DNA of 64,000 nt, taken from positions 26,857 through 90,856 of the IMG/VR virus record IMGVR_UViG_3300022916_000008; one strand, given 5' to 3'. The stretch's first letter is position 1. Each line of letters starts with the position of its first letter. The stretch is from a virus. Under the pieces are notes generated by a model. That model made no database searches. It was not told the origin of the DNA and saw nothing but the letters and a program-made list of their open reading frames with translations. Below, piece by piece: positions 36,019 to 51,000 of the stretch. Both the position numbers and the translations under genes were made by a program.

Positions 36019-39000
36019 CTATCTACGTGTAGTCCCTATCTCTTTATATCCTAAGAACCTACCTAGTTCTGAATTTTTTATGTCATCCTTGAAGTATCTT
36101 TCAAACTCAGCAAATGTAGATAATACAGGAACAGACTTTCTTATTTGGTATGCACCAGGCATTCTTCCGTCCTTAAGACGTTCTCCTTTAATTACTCCAT
36201 TAAACATGTATTGGAACAATGCTGTATTAACATCATAAAGTCTCCCTATTACTACTACTGGTTGATTAACGTTCCTTAGTATATCTGCAGGCCTTAGTCC
36301 TTGAGTAATGTCTTCCATCATAAGTCTACGCAACCTTACTTCTAATGCTGATTCAGCTTCATCGTCATCTGCTGCTCCTCCTGCAAGTAACCAACTAGCC
36401 ATAACTGCACCCGTCAATAAAACTTCAACTACATGCTGTTTTTGCCTTGATGACAATTGTTCCCAAGTATATGCTTCATTATATCTTATATCAAGTGGGC
36501 TAATTTTATTAATGGCTACCATTGAGTATGTTTTAAGTACATTCCACATAACCCAAACCCTACCTTGATTAAGTACGTCTAAGAATTCATATACTGTTGC
36601 TCCTTCATGCATAATGATGTTACCAAACTCATCTTGTCTTGGCTTCCAAGCTCCTAATGACTTATCTTTAAATTTACCAGCGTAAGCATTATTAAGTTGT
36701 GCCTTCATATACCTTTTGAATTGCTGTAACCATTCACCGTATACAGTAACGTCCATAGCAGTCTTTTCTTCATCTCTGTAGCCACCATGAATAAGTTGTG
36801 ATACCCTCTTTAGTCTTATCTTTTCTTCAGTAGTTAATTCATTTAACTCCTCAAAACTACCATCGCCTTTCTGTGTCCAACCTCTTTGACCACCCTTATA
36901 TATAGCCCTGCCATCTTCAATTTCATAAGCATCCCACATACTCATACTCTTTGGATCATTCATGTCCACTTTCATATGACGTAGCTGTGCTGCAAGAAGT
37001 GTGTACAACGCAAAGTCTTCACCTATCCTATAAGTAAGGAAGATGTTTGATCTATCAAGAAGCTTAGCCTTACTCGCTATCTTTTCTTTACTCCTGATCT
37101 TAAAGTCATAGTTGTCATTCATATACTCTAACTCTTTAGCTAGTATACGTAGCTTGTTGTTACGCTGGTCATTAGTTGCATAGCTACCTGACATCTTCAA
37201 CCATTCCTTTGCACCAAATGCTAGATCACTTAACGTAAAGTCTATATCTTCTCTTGGGACTCCTAGTCTTTTGGCAATAGAACCTATACTTGCTTTCATG
37301 CTATTAAGCATGACTATTAACATTGTATTGAATGTAGGAGCCACTACTTTGAAACCGATTGTAGCAAATGACACCCAATGTCTGATACGTCCTGCAACCT
37401 TATCTGTATTAAGATTAATATATACATTCTCTCCCTTACTATTTACTCTTGTTCCTATTTTGATTGGCCTTTTGGTCAATTTAACAGCCTTTTTCTGATT
37501 GAATACATTCACTACTAGCATGTCATCTACCAATGCCATAGAATTCTTCATAATAGGAATACCATTCTGATCTTTCTCTGCTGCTAACTGCATCTTAGTA
37601 GCTTGTGCAAATGCAAGTGCAGGGTCTAAGTATCTTTTCTCTACAATATCACCTACAAAACTCAAGAAGGCTTTCTCTACATCAAATGAATAGTCGTTAC
37701 TTGCTATAAGTTCTGGATCGCCAAAGTAACGTACAGGAAGTTGTGAATTGGTTTGATTGTTATAGTAAGCAAAGCTATCAAAGAATGTAGTAGCCATTCC
37801 TTTTTTCTGATACTCTAGCGTTTCCTTGCTAAACAAACCATGTCTTTCACTTACCTCTCCTGCTGAAAGCTGTATGCGTGGCATAAAGTCAGTAGCTAGT
37901 TCTTCAGATACAGAAGATTTCATTGTCTTGGCTTTGCTATGTGGATTACCATTCTTATCATAGTAGGCTGGTTCACTCATAGTTTTATTCCATTCTTCTG
38001 CCATTACCTTCCTGACGTATTGATTAAACTCCCATTGAGTATCTGTCATCTGGTGTGTTGTTCCGTCCATCTTAGTGTATGTACGTGATGTGGAAGCGTA
38101 GTACCCTTGTTTATCTATGTCGTTCTTATAAGTCCACATAAACCCAAACAGGTCTTTATACTTAACTCCTTTGACCATCTCACCCATTCTTGTATTGCCT
38201 ATTCCATTATCATACTCTGACTTTAATTTCTTAAGATGCTTAGTGAATACTTGCTCTATTCCCATCTTATACCTCCTTGACTCATCCTTTCTGTTAAGTA
38301 TATACTTTGATAAGATGTTTATAAGAGGATTGGCAATCTCATATTGTGGTACAGCCAACCATTTCTTTAATTTGCTAATGTCATGTAGTTCATAAGTAAT
38401 GTCTTCTCCAAAGTTTGTATAGACTGACCGTAATGCCTCATATACTTTCCTTTTCTCATGTACTAATCTAACCTTTTCATCAGAGGATAGAAGACTATCT
38501 AGTTTTTTTAGCTTATAGTCTAATTGGAACAGTCTATTACCAAGATACTCTACTTTTTCCTCATAAGTCTTATCATCAAGTTCTTGTTTCATCTCAAGTA
38601 CGGACTCGCTTTGAGAACCATAATTGTTTGGATTAAACATACCTTGTTTCTTGAACTTCTCGTATACATCTGTCTTGCTGTTACTGGAGTCTGCTAAGAA
38701 GGACTCTATCATTCCAAGATATATAGTTAATGATGCATGATCCATATTAACCAATTCGTCCTTACTAAGATGTGCTATAGAGATATTCCTAAACCTTACA
38801 TTAGGATTCTTTGACTTTATAATCATAGCTCTTAAAACAAGCTCTAACTTAGCCCTATTAACTTTAGTATCGTATACATCAGAAGTTTGAGTGTTTCCAT
38901 ACTTCATTAGGATTAATCTTGATATATTTCCATAGAACTTAGAGCCAGCTTTCCAGTCTACCAGTGATAGGTCATTATTATCATGCTGTATCACTAAGTC

Positions 39001-42000
39001 TGCTGTTGTTGCTATGCCTAGGTCTTCACTGTATAATACTATTTCAGATACTATTTTGTCAAGCACATCAATATTTATATCTCCTGCTTCAAAACCGTCA
39101 GCTACTCTTACCCCTGCTACACTTAATATTTCATCAAGATTGTCAGTAATAAATTTTAGTTTGGATACTGGTATCTCAGACTGAACTCCCGGCTTCTCTT
39201 CTGCATATCTTTCTATCCTCCGTTGCAATTCTGCTTTTTTGATTGGGTCTTTACTCAATAGCTGTTCAATCATTGCATGTGCTATTTTCCCTTCTATTCT
39301 AGCTGTTTCTGCATTGATCATATAATAACTGACTAAATCATCATAAGTAAATTCAGACTCTATTCCATCATAAGTGAGAAGAATTTTATCATTCAGTGAT
39401 GTACTCTTACTAGCAAAGATCATTTTGGCCTTCTTCTCTATTCTTGACTTGTTGTCAAAACCATAACTAAAATTACCACCAGTCCATTCAGTAAGTCTAT
39501 TATATATCTTACCAAGCTTATCCTTGTAATAGTTGTTTTCCTCGTCCTCAAACAGTTCAAACCCCATAGAATCTGAATCCTTTGCTATATCATCAAGAAT
39601 GTTTTCATTGCCACGATAACCTGGGGAGACACGTTGTTCTTTAGTTTCTTGTTGCATACGCATCATTTCACTAAGCTGTTCATCTTTGCTTAAGTTATTC
39701 CACCACAGTTCCCATTCAGTAGGCTTAGGCTCTGGCATGGTATACAAGGTTGGTTTTACCACTTTGATTGTGTAAAAGTTATGAGACATTCTCTTGGGTG
39801 CATAAACCATATGTGCTCCAAATGAATTTACAAGATTATCAAAGATGTTCTTTACTGATCTTTCATTAGCTTGCCATATACCATTGTTTTGATTCCATAA
39901 ATGTTTCTGGTATTCAAGGTTAAGCAATTGCTTATACTTTGACTTAGAAAAATCAATACCATAAAACTTCATACCTATACGTTGATCTGTTGCTAGCATA
40001 TCAGCAAACTCACCCATTGTAGAGAAAGAAGTCATTGAGGATAAATCAGACTTTGAGAACAACTTCTGTATCCATGACTTAATGATATTCCATATACTCT
40101 GTACAGCATTGTTCCCTGTCTTAAATTTGATTGACAATTCTGTGCCAAGGAATTCAACAATAGCTTCCTCGATAATTTGATCTTCATTTAGTTCTGGCGA
40201 TCTCTTACGAACATCCTCTATTACGTCTTGATGCTTATTTATTTCAGCAACCAATCTATTGTATGTAGCCTTGTCTGTTGCACGAATAGCTTCTATAACA
40301 GGGTGTAAGTATTCATGGAATGGAGTGTCTCTTTTTACATGAGCTGTATTGATCCATATAGTTCCATTTCTCCACTCTCCACGTATAGGATTATTGACAT
40401 CATTAAACCTTCTGAACTTGATACCAAACTTATTCCTAAGCCTTATCAGTACTTCTATCAGGGCCATTGCTGGTATGTCACTTTTATTGTCTTTTGATAC
40501 AGATTGCTTCTTTGAAATACTATCTGGAGATTGTACTGTAACCCTACGTGTCTTGATGAAACTTTCCGGATTATATATCTTTTCACGTAATGCTTCAAAC
40601 TCTGTACTGCTTAATGGATCTTTATCTGCATATTCTATTGGACCAATCTTTCTTATGTCATAGCTAATACCAGTATACTTGTAACCAGTAGCACTTGTTA
40701 TTGGAACTGCTTTATTTACATTAGTGACTTTGTATACATAACCAGTAACGCCAGTAGCATCATCTGTATTCTTTATTAGCATTGTATCTCCTACCTCTAA
40801 CTCATAACTTGCCTTATCAGGTCTATCGTATTTGGTTAGGTTTGACAAATCTCCTGACCTATTTACAGTCTTGACATATGGACTATATACCATATTCGGA
40901 TTATAACCATTAGCGGCTATGGTAAGGTCAAACTTGTAATTCTTATGCTCTAGCTTCTGTCCTATGTTTACATAATAGACATGCTCTGAACCAGGCACTT
41001 CTGCCATCTTATAAAGTATGTTCTCAAACTCTCTTGCAATCAGTGGGAATGAATTATAGTCATTTTTCACCTCTCCTGTCTTATCATTCTTTGTAATCTT
41101 AAGTGAGTACCTACGATTAAAGAATACCCTTTTCTCATTTACTACTTCATGGCCAGTGATCTGACGATCTTTAGTATCCTTTGAATCTCTAAACGGAACG
41201 AGTCTATCTGTAAAGTCAATAAGTGTTCCCATGTACTCCATATTGTTTGCAGAGTATTGCATAGCGAAGAAGCTTTTAAGATTGTCTAGCAACCCTTTTG
41301 ATTCTTCAATATTCTTTCTAGCAAATAGTCCATAGATGTTATTATCAATATAACTGGTAACTTCTCCAAATAGTTTAGGATCTATTACGTATGTATAACT
41401 ATTGATACCAAATTCAAGGCCATCATGTATGATAGAATACTTTAAGAAGTCTTTCTGTACATCATCTTCTAAAGACATGAAGCCATCCTCATAGTCATGG
41501 ATATCTTCAATCTTTGATTGGAAGCCTGCACCAAATCTAATATACTTAATACCTTTCCATCCGGGTACTATTTCTATACCTGAAAGGAATAGGTTCTCAA
41601 GATTATCACTTTTAAGATCACTAACTCTGTCAATGAATCTTTGTGACCAAGCTTCTGCACCTGCTATATCATATCTTATATTTCCCTTCTTAACCTCATA
41701 AGGTTCTTCATTGGAAGTATCCATACTAGGTCCTCCTTCAAAACTAAATGATGAAAGCATAAACCTTATGAATCCTCTACGTATATCTTCATGTGCCTCG
41801 GAAGCAGAGCCTTCCCCTACTTTAATATTATTTTTTGTCCACTTATATACTCCTTCTGAGAACTTAACAAGATTCTTATGATGTAGGAACCAAATGTTAC
41901 CAATCTTAGTCTTTAAGAACTTGATAGCATTAAAAGCAGAATTGATATGAGGGAGGTTGAGTATATCTGTATTGGTAAATGAAAAGCTATCTTTTAACTC

Positions 42001-45000
42001 ATGACCTATAACCTTCCCTGTCTTATCCTTTATTTTAACATACTCGCCTTTCTCTATTTTGTAAATAGCATCAAACTCATTGAGCACCTTAGCCAATGCT
42101 GTATACTTGCCCTCTATGCCTTGTACAATTGATGTTACATGAGATGCAGTAGTCATATCCTTACCAATGGCATCCATGTTTTTGAATATCTTAAGTATCT
42201 GTAACTGTAATGCTAGTTGATCAGGAGTAAGTTCTTCTAAAGACTTGAACATGGTACTTTCTAACTCTTGACTGGTAATACCTTCTGTAACTGTATCAGT
42301 TTGTTTAGTCTTGACAAACTCTTTGAATTCCTCTACATCTTGTTTGGAACCTAGTATATGTATTTGTTCTGGCTTAGCTACCATAAATGTAGTTCCGAGT
42401 TTCTTCTTGTCTCCTTCAAGACCCTCTATAACATTTTTGTATACAACACTATCATATTTATCTGTTGTCTCTCTAAGTAGTTTTAGGTCTACATTTTTAC
42501 CACCCCCATCTATTTCTTTAATATTTTCTTTAATGTCTAGCAACACTCTTAATACTCTATTTGTATCCAGCCAAGTAGCTACCTTTATATTATCTGTAAA
42601 GTAAAAACCTCTCTTTAAGCCTGAGTTAGACTGGCTCCCTATTCTAGATTCTTCAAAGTTCTCAATGATATCATTGTCAGGGAATTTTTTCATCTCTTCA
42701 TCAAACTGTTCTTGTGTTATATCGTTATCTTGTAATTGTTGGAATAAATCTAATCTTTTCTCTGCAGTGAACTTTGATATAGTTGGTTGGCCATGATAAA
42801 CAATATCCTTTACTTTACTATTAGGAAATACAGTATCAAGATATGCAGAGTATTGTTTTTGTGTACCTACCTTGGCTAATTCAGGATTCTGTTTAAATGC
42901 AAGAGAAATACCTTCTGTAAGCGATTCTTTTTCCTCAGAGGTAGATTCGGTCACTGGAGTAGAGATCGTGTCTTCTTGCTCTGATGGTATAGCCGGAGAC
43001 AGCTCTTTTCTGACTTCCATAAGTAGCCTTGGGAACTCTTTTCCCCACTTACCCTTATCTTGTGTATGTGTAAGAGTGCTAATACCTGTTGCAATTAACT
43101 TTTCCAATGCTTCAGGGTTCTGTTCAAAGGACTCCTTAATAATGTTTTTCATTATAGTTGAAGAGTTCTTATCCCAATTCTCAGCATTTAGTCCCTTTAC
43201 CTGACCCCCTAGCTTCTTGGCTTGTGCTCCTGTAGCAGATTGTAATTCCATCCCAATCCTATCATTGGTAGCGATGTCTTCTTTTGTAACTGGATCAGAG
43301 TAATTAAGTTTTGCTGCCTGGAACGCTGCCTCAACATTTTTATACTCTATACCTAATCCATCAATGTATGGTCTTTCAGCAAAGTTGCTTAACTCAACAT
43401 TCTCATTAGTACCTGCGTATATGTTAATAGTTGCTGGTTGCTTCTCTTTATCTTTGACTACATCAGCTTTCTCTACTTGTGGTTTATCCTTAAGTAACTT
43501 ATTAATAACTTGTTCTACTTTATTAGTAGATGCGAATTGCTGTTTACCTGCCATAACTAATGCTGGTTGCATCATTATCTTAACAGCAGACTGTAACGGT
43601 ACTCCTATCCCTATAAGTGCAGCATAAGCATTACTCAATGAGTCTTTCAAGTTAATCATTGGTAAGTACTGTAACTTTAAGTTGTCAATAGCTGCATTGA
43701 TAAGTATGTCGAAGTTCTCTATGGTAGTTGGTTCATGGTATATTAGTTCACCATCAACTATATTAATAACTACCTTGTTGTTTCCATCCTTTGATTTCTC
43801 ATGGATAGACAAACTATCATGCTTGACTCCATCAATAACTACATAAGACTTCTCATGCAACATTGGCAACTTTTCTACTGGAGTAGACTGTATAAGATAA
43901 GCCAACGCTTTGACTTTATTGACAAGAACACCTTTTTGCTTTCTTGCTCTGTGATTATCATTGTGAAACTTAATCTGTGCAAGTACATTGCCCAACCAAC
44001 GCTTCTCCTTAAAGACAGCAGACTTGCCATTCTCACCAGCTATTCTTTCAAGCATAGTTTTGACAGGCTCTACAATACCTTCTTCATGATTATTGTCTTC
44101 CATCCTATCCATATTGATAGGCATAAGCATCTCTTCCTCATTGGCCTCATCCATAATAACTTTCATGTAGTTATTAAAGAGTTCGTTCTTTAGTACTTCT
44201 GTATACAGATAGTCTAAATCACGCACAAGCTCTTTGTCATGTTCTGATTTATTTGATACAGCAGCTAATTGACGGTATAACATCTTTAGTCTAGGTATAA
44301 GCCCCTCTCCTTCCATGAACTGGCCACCCTTTATTATTAACTCTCCATTGTCATCAAAGTAGTCCTTCTGTGCAACACTCTTTCTAATAATGAATAAAGT
44401 ATCAACATCATAGTCAGCACCACTAAACCATACAATCTCTTTAGGAGCAATAATTATATTTGTATTATCCTTAGAGGGATAGAAGCCAATAATCTTTAAT
44501 GGTATAGCTGAGTGAAGGTCTGTAGACGGTATCCTAAACCCAAGTACTTTATCCCACATAATAAGATCCCCTTTCTGCATCTCTCCTTCATAGATGTCAG
44601 GCATATATACTTCGGCATAACCTTCCTTGTCTTTATATTTAGGCTCTCTTCTTATCTTCTTCCCATCTTTGCCAAGGATATTCTTTGCACCATATACTGT
44701 TTGTAATACGAGGTCAGACCCTTTAAGCCTTACCTCAATAGCATTCTTTGAGAAGTTACTGATAAACATACTGATTAGTTTCTCAGAGATAGAAGGCATA
44801 TTCATACTTACATGGTAATTGTCTTCTTCATCTTTGGATGATAGTAACTCACCTGTACGTTCTTGTCCTGATATGTCATCAAGATACCTTATCATTCTTC
44901 TCCTAATAGTGTTTCTTGTTTTCTTATCAACTACTTCATCCTTTGCAAACAGGCCCATCTCCTTTTTAACCTTGATCATTCCATGGTCAATAATCTCAGA

Positions 45001-48000
45001 CAGATAACTAAATATCTTACCAGCTTCTTCTTGATTCTTTTTCCTTGCATTAGCAAAATAAGCTATAGCAGTAGGGTTCTTTGATGTAGAGTTAGACTCT
45101 TTAACAGGATTAAGCTGTATCCTCCAATATTCATTTCTTAATTCTACAATGTCTGTCTTTGGATTAATCTTCTTAAAGTCTCCTTTTGGACGATCTCTTT
45201 TGATCTTTGATGAAGACGGAGCTCCTACTTTCATAGCAGAATTAAATACGTATTCACCAACACTGTTCTTACGCATGTCGTTACGCAATGTTTTTAAGTC
45301 TGGGAACATATCTACGATGTCATCAGTAAGTACAACTGTAGCATACTTCATTGCCCTTAGAATGCCATACTTATCAATACCCCAATAGATAGGTTTCATT
45401 ACAACACCAAGTCCCATAGAATCAGGGAAACCTTGCTTGATATTTTCAAACCTCTCTGGCAACATGAATCCAGCACCATCAGTATAGTTGAATGACTTAC
45501 CTAATATCTTCTTGAATCTTTTAAATTGGCTCCCACCAATCACATCTGTTACGTCTTGCCCGACAGCTACATTGAATGTATCATCCATCCATCCCGGACC
45601 AACGACTCCTTTCCATCCGTCAGCAAACGCTAAGTGCGCTCTCTTGATGACATCATACTCATCTTGGTAATATGCCTGATCAGATAAAGCCAATTGATTA
45701 AGAAAGTGTGAGTTGATAAAATAATTCTTAAACCATAAGTCAGATAAAGGCTTAACCATCTTCCTGTGTTGTTCAAGATATGCAGCTCTTGACTTATTTT
45801 TAGGTCCTTTATAGATGTTCTCATCTGATACTCCTTCAGGAATACTAAGATAGCCACCCATTTTCTCATAAATCTTCTTAAGCTCTTTATGTGGTCTAGC
45901 ATTATCATGAGTAACCATTTCATTATAGAACTCATCAGCTTGCTCATTGATAGCAGCTAACACACTATTAACCGCTTGGTCAACACGATTGTTGAAAGCA
46001 GCATCTGTCTCTCCTGTCTTTCTTTTGACAACAGCGCCATCTTTCATGCCTGGTAAGTATGATTTATTATAATTAACATCATAACCTACTACATCATATT
46101 CATTGTCTTCGGTTGGATCTGGTCTGTGGCCTTCTTGTATAATAGCCATCCTTATAGATTCCACTATATCCTTTTCAGGAAGTAAATCTATTTCTGCTGC
46201 CACTGTCCTTCCCCTTTCTCCTATCACCCAAAATGGTTGCTTGTATCTTACCTTAGCGCCCTTGGAAGTTTTATGCTGTGCCACATAGCCTATAAACTGC
46301 ATCCAGAATGATCTCTTTATAAAGTCACCATCTAATTCATCTTCGTATCTTACTGGCTTCTTGGTCTTGTCTGACCTGTTGTAAGCAGAGTCATAATTGT
46401 CATAGTCATATACTTTATTTAATCTCTTTGACCCTAATCTTTTGTTGGAAGGAATAGGATTCATTGTATTGAACTCAAAGAATCTAGTGCCAAGAAACCT
46501 TGGAAGTTCTCTACCAAATAAGTGTTTTGATGTAGGACTCTTGCGATTGATAATAGAACGCAGTACATCCATTGCCATATTACTTTGGATATACAAGTAC
46601 GCCCTCTTACGATCACCTCTGAAATAGTTAAAAGATTCTCCCTTTGAGAAGTCCCTTGCCATAACATCAGCCATTTTATTAATCCTGCTTTTTACTCCGA
46701 CTATCTTCTCTTCATTAGTTAGTTTTTCATCACTCTCATTATACACCTTCATTATGTCTACAAACATCTGTAGCACAGCTTTTGGATCAGAAATTTCTCC
46801 ATCTTCTTTTATTACTGATATTTTATTAAGCAATGCAGTAACAAGACTATGTTGTTGACTCTCTGTTCCAGAACTAATAACCTCATTAGCTTTTTGAGTA
46901 ATTGAATCAAAGTATGATGACCCTTCTTTATCTAATACCTTTACCATAAAGTGAGAGATGTTACTCGCTATAGTACTACTACCACCAGTATCTGTTTCTT
47001 CATGATAGCCATATAGTCTTCCAAACTTGTTTTCTTCCCTACCTTTCCATATATTTTGTCTATATAGTGATCCAAAGTGTACTGTAAGCTCAAGCAATAC
47101 CTCACTGGAATATGCTTTGTCATACATACTTTTGATAAACGTAAGTCCTTTAGTATCATACTCTGTTTCCGCAGCCTTAGCTATACGTTTAAAGTAGTGA
47201 AGTGTGTTCTCATTGGCAGACCTCTTTACTACAACAATGTCATTACTATCATATGTAGACAGTGTTTTTGATTGTATATCCTTTCCACTCTTTGAAAAGA
47301 CAAATGTATTTGTATTAGAAAACTTAGCCCATATAGGTAAGCCTTCATTGCTGTCTATAACAGTACTGCGTTTTGCTCCATCTATTAGTCCTGATAACTT
47401 CTGTATAAGTGCAGTAGCTTTTGAAGAGTTGCCAGGAATAGCCTCCTTTAAATCTTTAAGATAGTCTTCTTTGCTTTTATTAATATCAACCAAGGAGAAT
47501 GCTTCAAGAAGACTCCTGTATACATACCTAAAGTCAATATAGTCAGCATACCCTTCTTTATCAATAAATTCTATTGTACTTGCAAACTGTCTTACCTTTT
47601 GAGAAGTTTTCCCCATAGAGTCATAAAGTTCACTGTCCTTTGCTTTTATGATACCATCTATAGTCTCAAGCTCTCTTTCTTCTGGAGCATCTTCAATGTC
47701 ATCACTAATAAATTCTCTGAAATATTTAAAGGCTGAATAATGTATGGTGGGGTATATATCATTGATAAGCCTCTTGTAAACACCATATTCTTTATTTACA
47801 TCTTGCCTTGTTATAATAGTCGCCATGCCAAGCGTGAAATCTTCATCTGGATTAAGACTGGACTTGTCCTTTAACTCTTCTTTTAAGTTTATAAACCCTT
47901 GCAGTACATTGTCCATTGCCTCTTGGAATGTTTGTGGTATATTTATTACAACACCATCTACAACCCTTACAGGCACGTCAGACGCATCCTCGTTCTTAGG

Positions 48001-51000
48001 ATTCTTTATACCACTAACCTTATTATTGATATGGTATATAATTTCCTTTTTTAGATGACGATAAAAGTCTTGCGGAGCATAGTCTTTGTATATGTAATCT
48101 TCACGTATCTTGGATAGTCTTTGTAATGAATTTAAAGCAACCCCACTTTGATTAGAATAACGTCCATTATCAATAGCGTTGAAGTAACTATTTATCTTAC
48201 TCCTGTTGCCTGTAATGAATCTAACAATATCCATTATAGCAGTAAACACTTTATCAATAAAGGAATGAACCTTAACAGTTCCGCCTCTCCATTCATGGAA
48301 TAGATTGGCTATCTCTTCTTCTACTCTTGCAAGGTATTCAATAGCACCTTCGTTATCTCTTATAGCATATTCTGGATATTCTTTTGAGAAGTGTATAGCA
48401 AAAGCAGTCTTCTGTGCAAAACTAAAGTTCTCGTTAAATATCTTATGAAAAGCTTCATGTCTTGCTACCTTCTCGTATACAGTACCATCTTTGTTTTCTA
48501 GTAGGTATATGATACCATCAAGGTAAAGCCCATAAGCTTGCTTGTCATCATTGAGACGCATTATCTCCTCAGCTTGTACAAACTTTATTTCACTATCTGT
48601 TATACCCGGAATAACTCTTCTTAAGTATTCTCTTGTTGTTTCTCTTGATATCTTTTCTCCAAGTTCTTGTTTAGACAATATGATTTTGCTAAACGGTTTT
48701 GGTCTAGGCTTTGGTCTTGTACGTCTTCCAAGGCTTGATATATCTGTATCTGCTTTCTTTTGATTCTTATCAACGATAACTTCTGTCTTTGACTTAGGCT
48801 CTTTATTACCCTTATCAGCATATTCACCTTCAATATCTATATCGACAAAAGAAGGATGCATAGCAACAAATGTATTTCTTACTCCCCTGCCATTCTTACT
48901 TTCCTTTGGCTTCTTAACTGATGCATTAAACTTAGAAATAGCAATTGGTGCATTTAGCTCTGAACCAAGTATAGTCTCTAAGTCATTAAGTGTTATATTA
49001 TTCAAGGAGTTCTTTCTATTATCGTACTCCTCTCTTGCTTGTTTGATCCTTGCCTGGTCCCCACTCTCTTCTGCTCTTGCAAGTTTCCTCTTTAGTTGTT
49101 CGCTTACCTTTCTGTATGCTGGATTAGTACTGCTATGTTCAGCAGATCCTGAAAGAAGCGCCTTTCCTGATACCCATATCTTTTTCTTAGACTTATCATA
49201 AATACCTGTCTGTAGCATTATTCCATTAGTATAGTTGTTTGCCCTTGCGATACTATTGAATAACTTTTGAATTGGTCCATCATTGTTGTTCTTTCCATTC
49301 TCACTCTTCGTGTAGAGCATAGAAGTAACCTCTGTAGCAGCAAACCTTAGTTCATCACTAATATTAAACTTCTTACCCTTGATTGCACTCATATATGATT
49401 CTACTGCGCTTAAGAAAGTAATAGTTTCCCCTATTAATGATTTATCAAGCTTAAACTTCTTTATGTCTGCCTCGTTTACTTTGAATTCAGTAAGTTCTTT
49501 ATTGTTTGCTATTCTTGATACAAAGTCATTGAATACAGCATTACCCATTCTGAATCCCTTAGTAGCTATAAGGCCTTCTATTTGTTTAATCTTTTTAACA
49601 AAGTCTCTTAATGGAGACAAGAAGCTGTCTTTATTATTCATCTTCTGCCAATCAAGTCTAAGATACAATGTCCTTGATGGCTTTCCCCTTTCCAAGCTAT
49701 ATGCGTCAGGAACTACAAGATGTGGAAGCCCAGGTATAACTCCATATCCTTCTTGTAATAGTGCTTTCCTGTCACTTGTTGTGAATATTGTAAAGTATGA
49801 TTTCTCAGCAAGGTCTGTGATCTTATTATTAATCATAGAAGCATACTCGCTTCCCCATATAGGACCAAATACTGACTTCGGATACATACTTTTTACTACA
49901 GCTGATATAAGCTGTCTCCTGAAGCCTTTCTTCCTTGGAGTACCTTTGGTATCATATTGGAAAGATCGCCTCTCTCCGTTGCTCACATGACCTGTACCAA
50001 GTATGTTTTGTTTAGATAGGTTAGTAATCCTATAGAATCCGCCACTAACATAGACCAACTTAGCTTCAAATTGATCAGCCATATCAATATCAGTATCAAC
50101 TATACTCTTTATGTTGTCAAATAATGCTTCATATCCCTTAGGTGTAGCATCATGCTTACTAATAACAGATACTTCTCTGAATAAGACCTCTCCATTAACC
50201 TCAACTCTTTGCATTACACTTACCTTTCTACGCTCCTTCTTCTTAGGGTCTTTTCTGTCTTGATACTTACCTACTACATAATAGACTTCATCCCCTTCTT
50301 GTATAGGAGGGATTGTAGATTCCTTGATTTTTACAGGTTTAAATATACTATTGTTTGTATGGAAGGATCTATGATTAGACTTTTCTTGTTTATTGCTCTT
50401 TGGTTTTTCATCATGGTATTCTACTTCTTCATCTTCTTCACTAAGTATTTCTTCCTCTACCTCTACATCATTAGGCTCATCAGTAATTACAGTCTTGTAA
50501 GAATCATCAGAAGTATCCTCTTTCTCATCATCTTTTTCTGGTTCTTTATTTTCCTCCTCCTCATCTTCTTCATCCTTTTCGCCTTCCAGATATTCATACA
50601 TCAGGTCCTCGTCCTTTCTTCTATCCTCTACAAACTCATTAAGCCTTTTGACATTATTTCCTATCTCATCAGCTATAAGTGGTTTAATAGAATTGTCATA
50701 GATATTCTGGACATTAAACTCGCTAAGCAAAGAATAATACTTAGCTCTTGACATTGCTGTATAGATAGCCCTGTTCTCAACAAATGGAGATTTACCATAG
50801 TCGCCTTTGGGAATAAATACATATACCTCGTCAAAATTATCACCTGCTGATTCTGCTACAGTAAGGAATGCGACACCTTTACTGATTTCATTTTCTAATG
50901 GATTATTAGTCTTCCATGCTTCTTTAGTTTGCTCGCTTACAATGATGGCTCTTCTCCTATCATCTTTACCAATTCTATCTGCAACAAGTTCCTTTACTTT

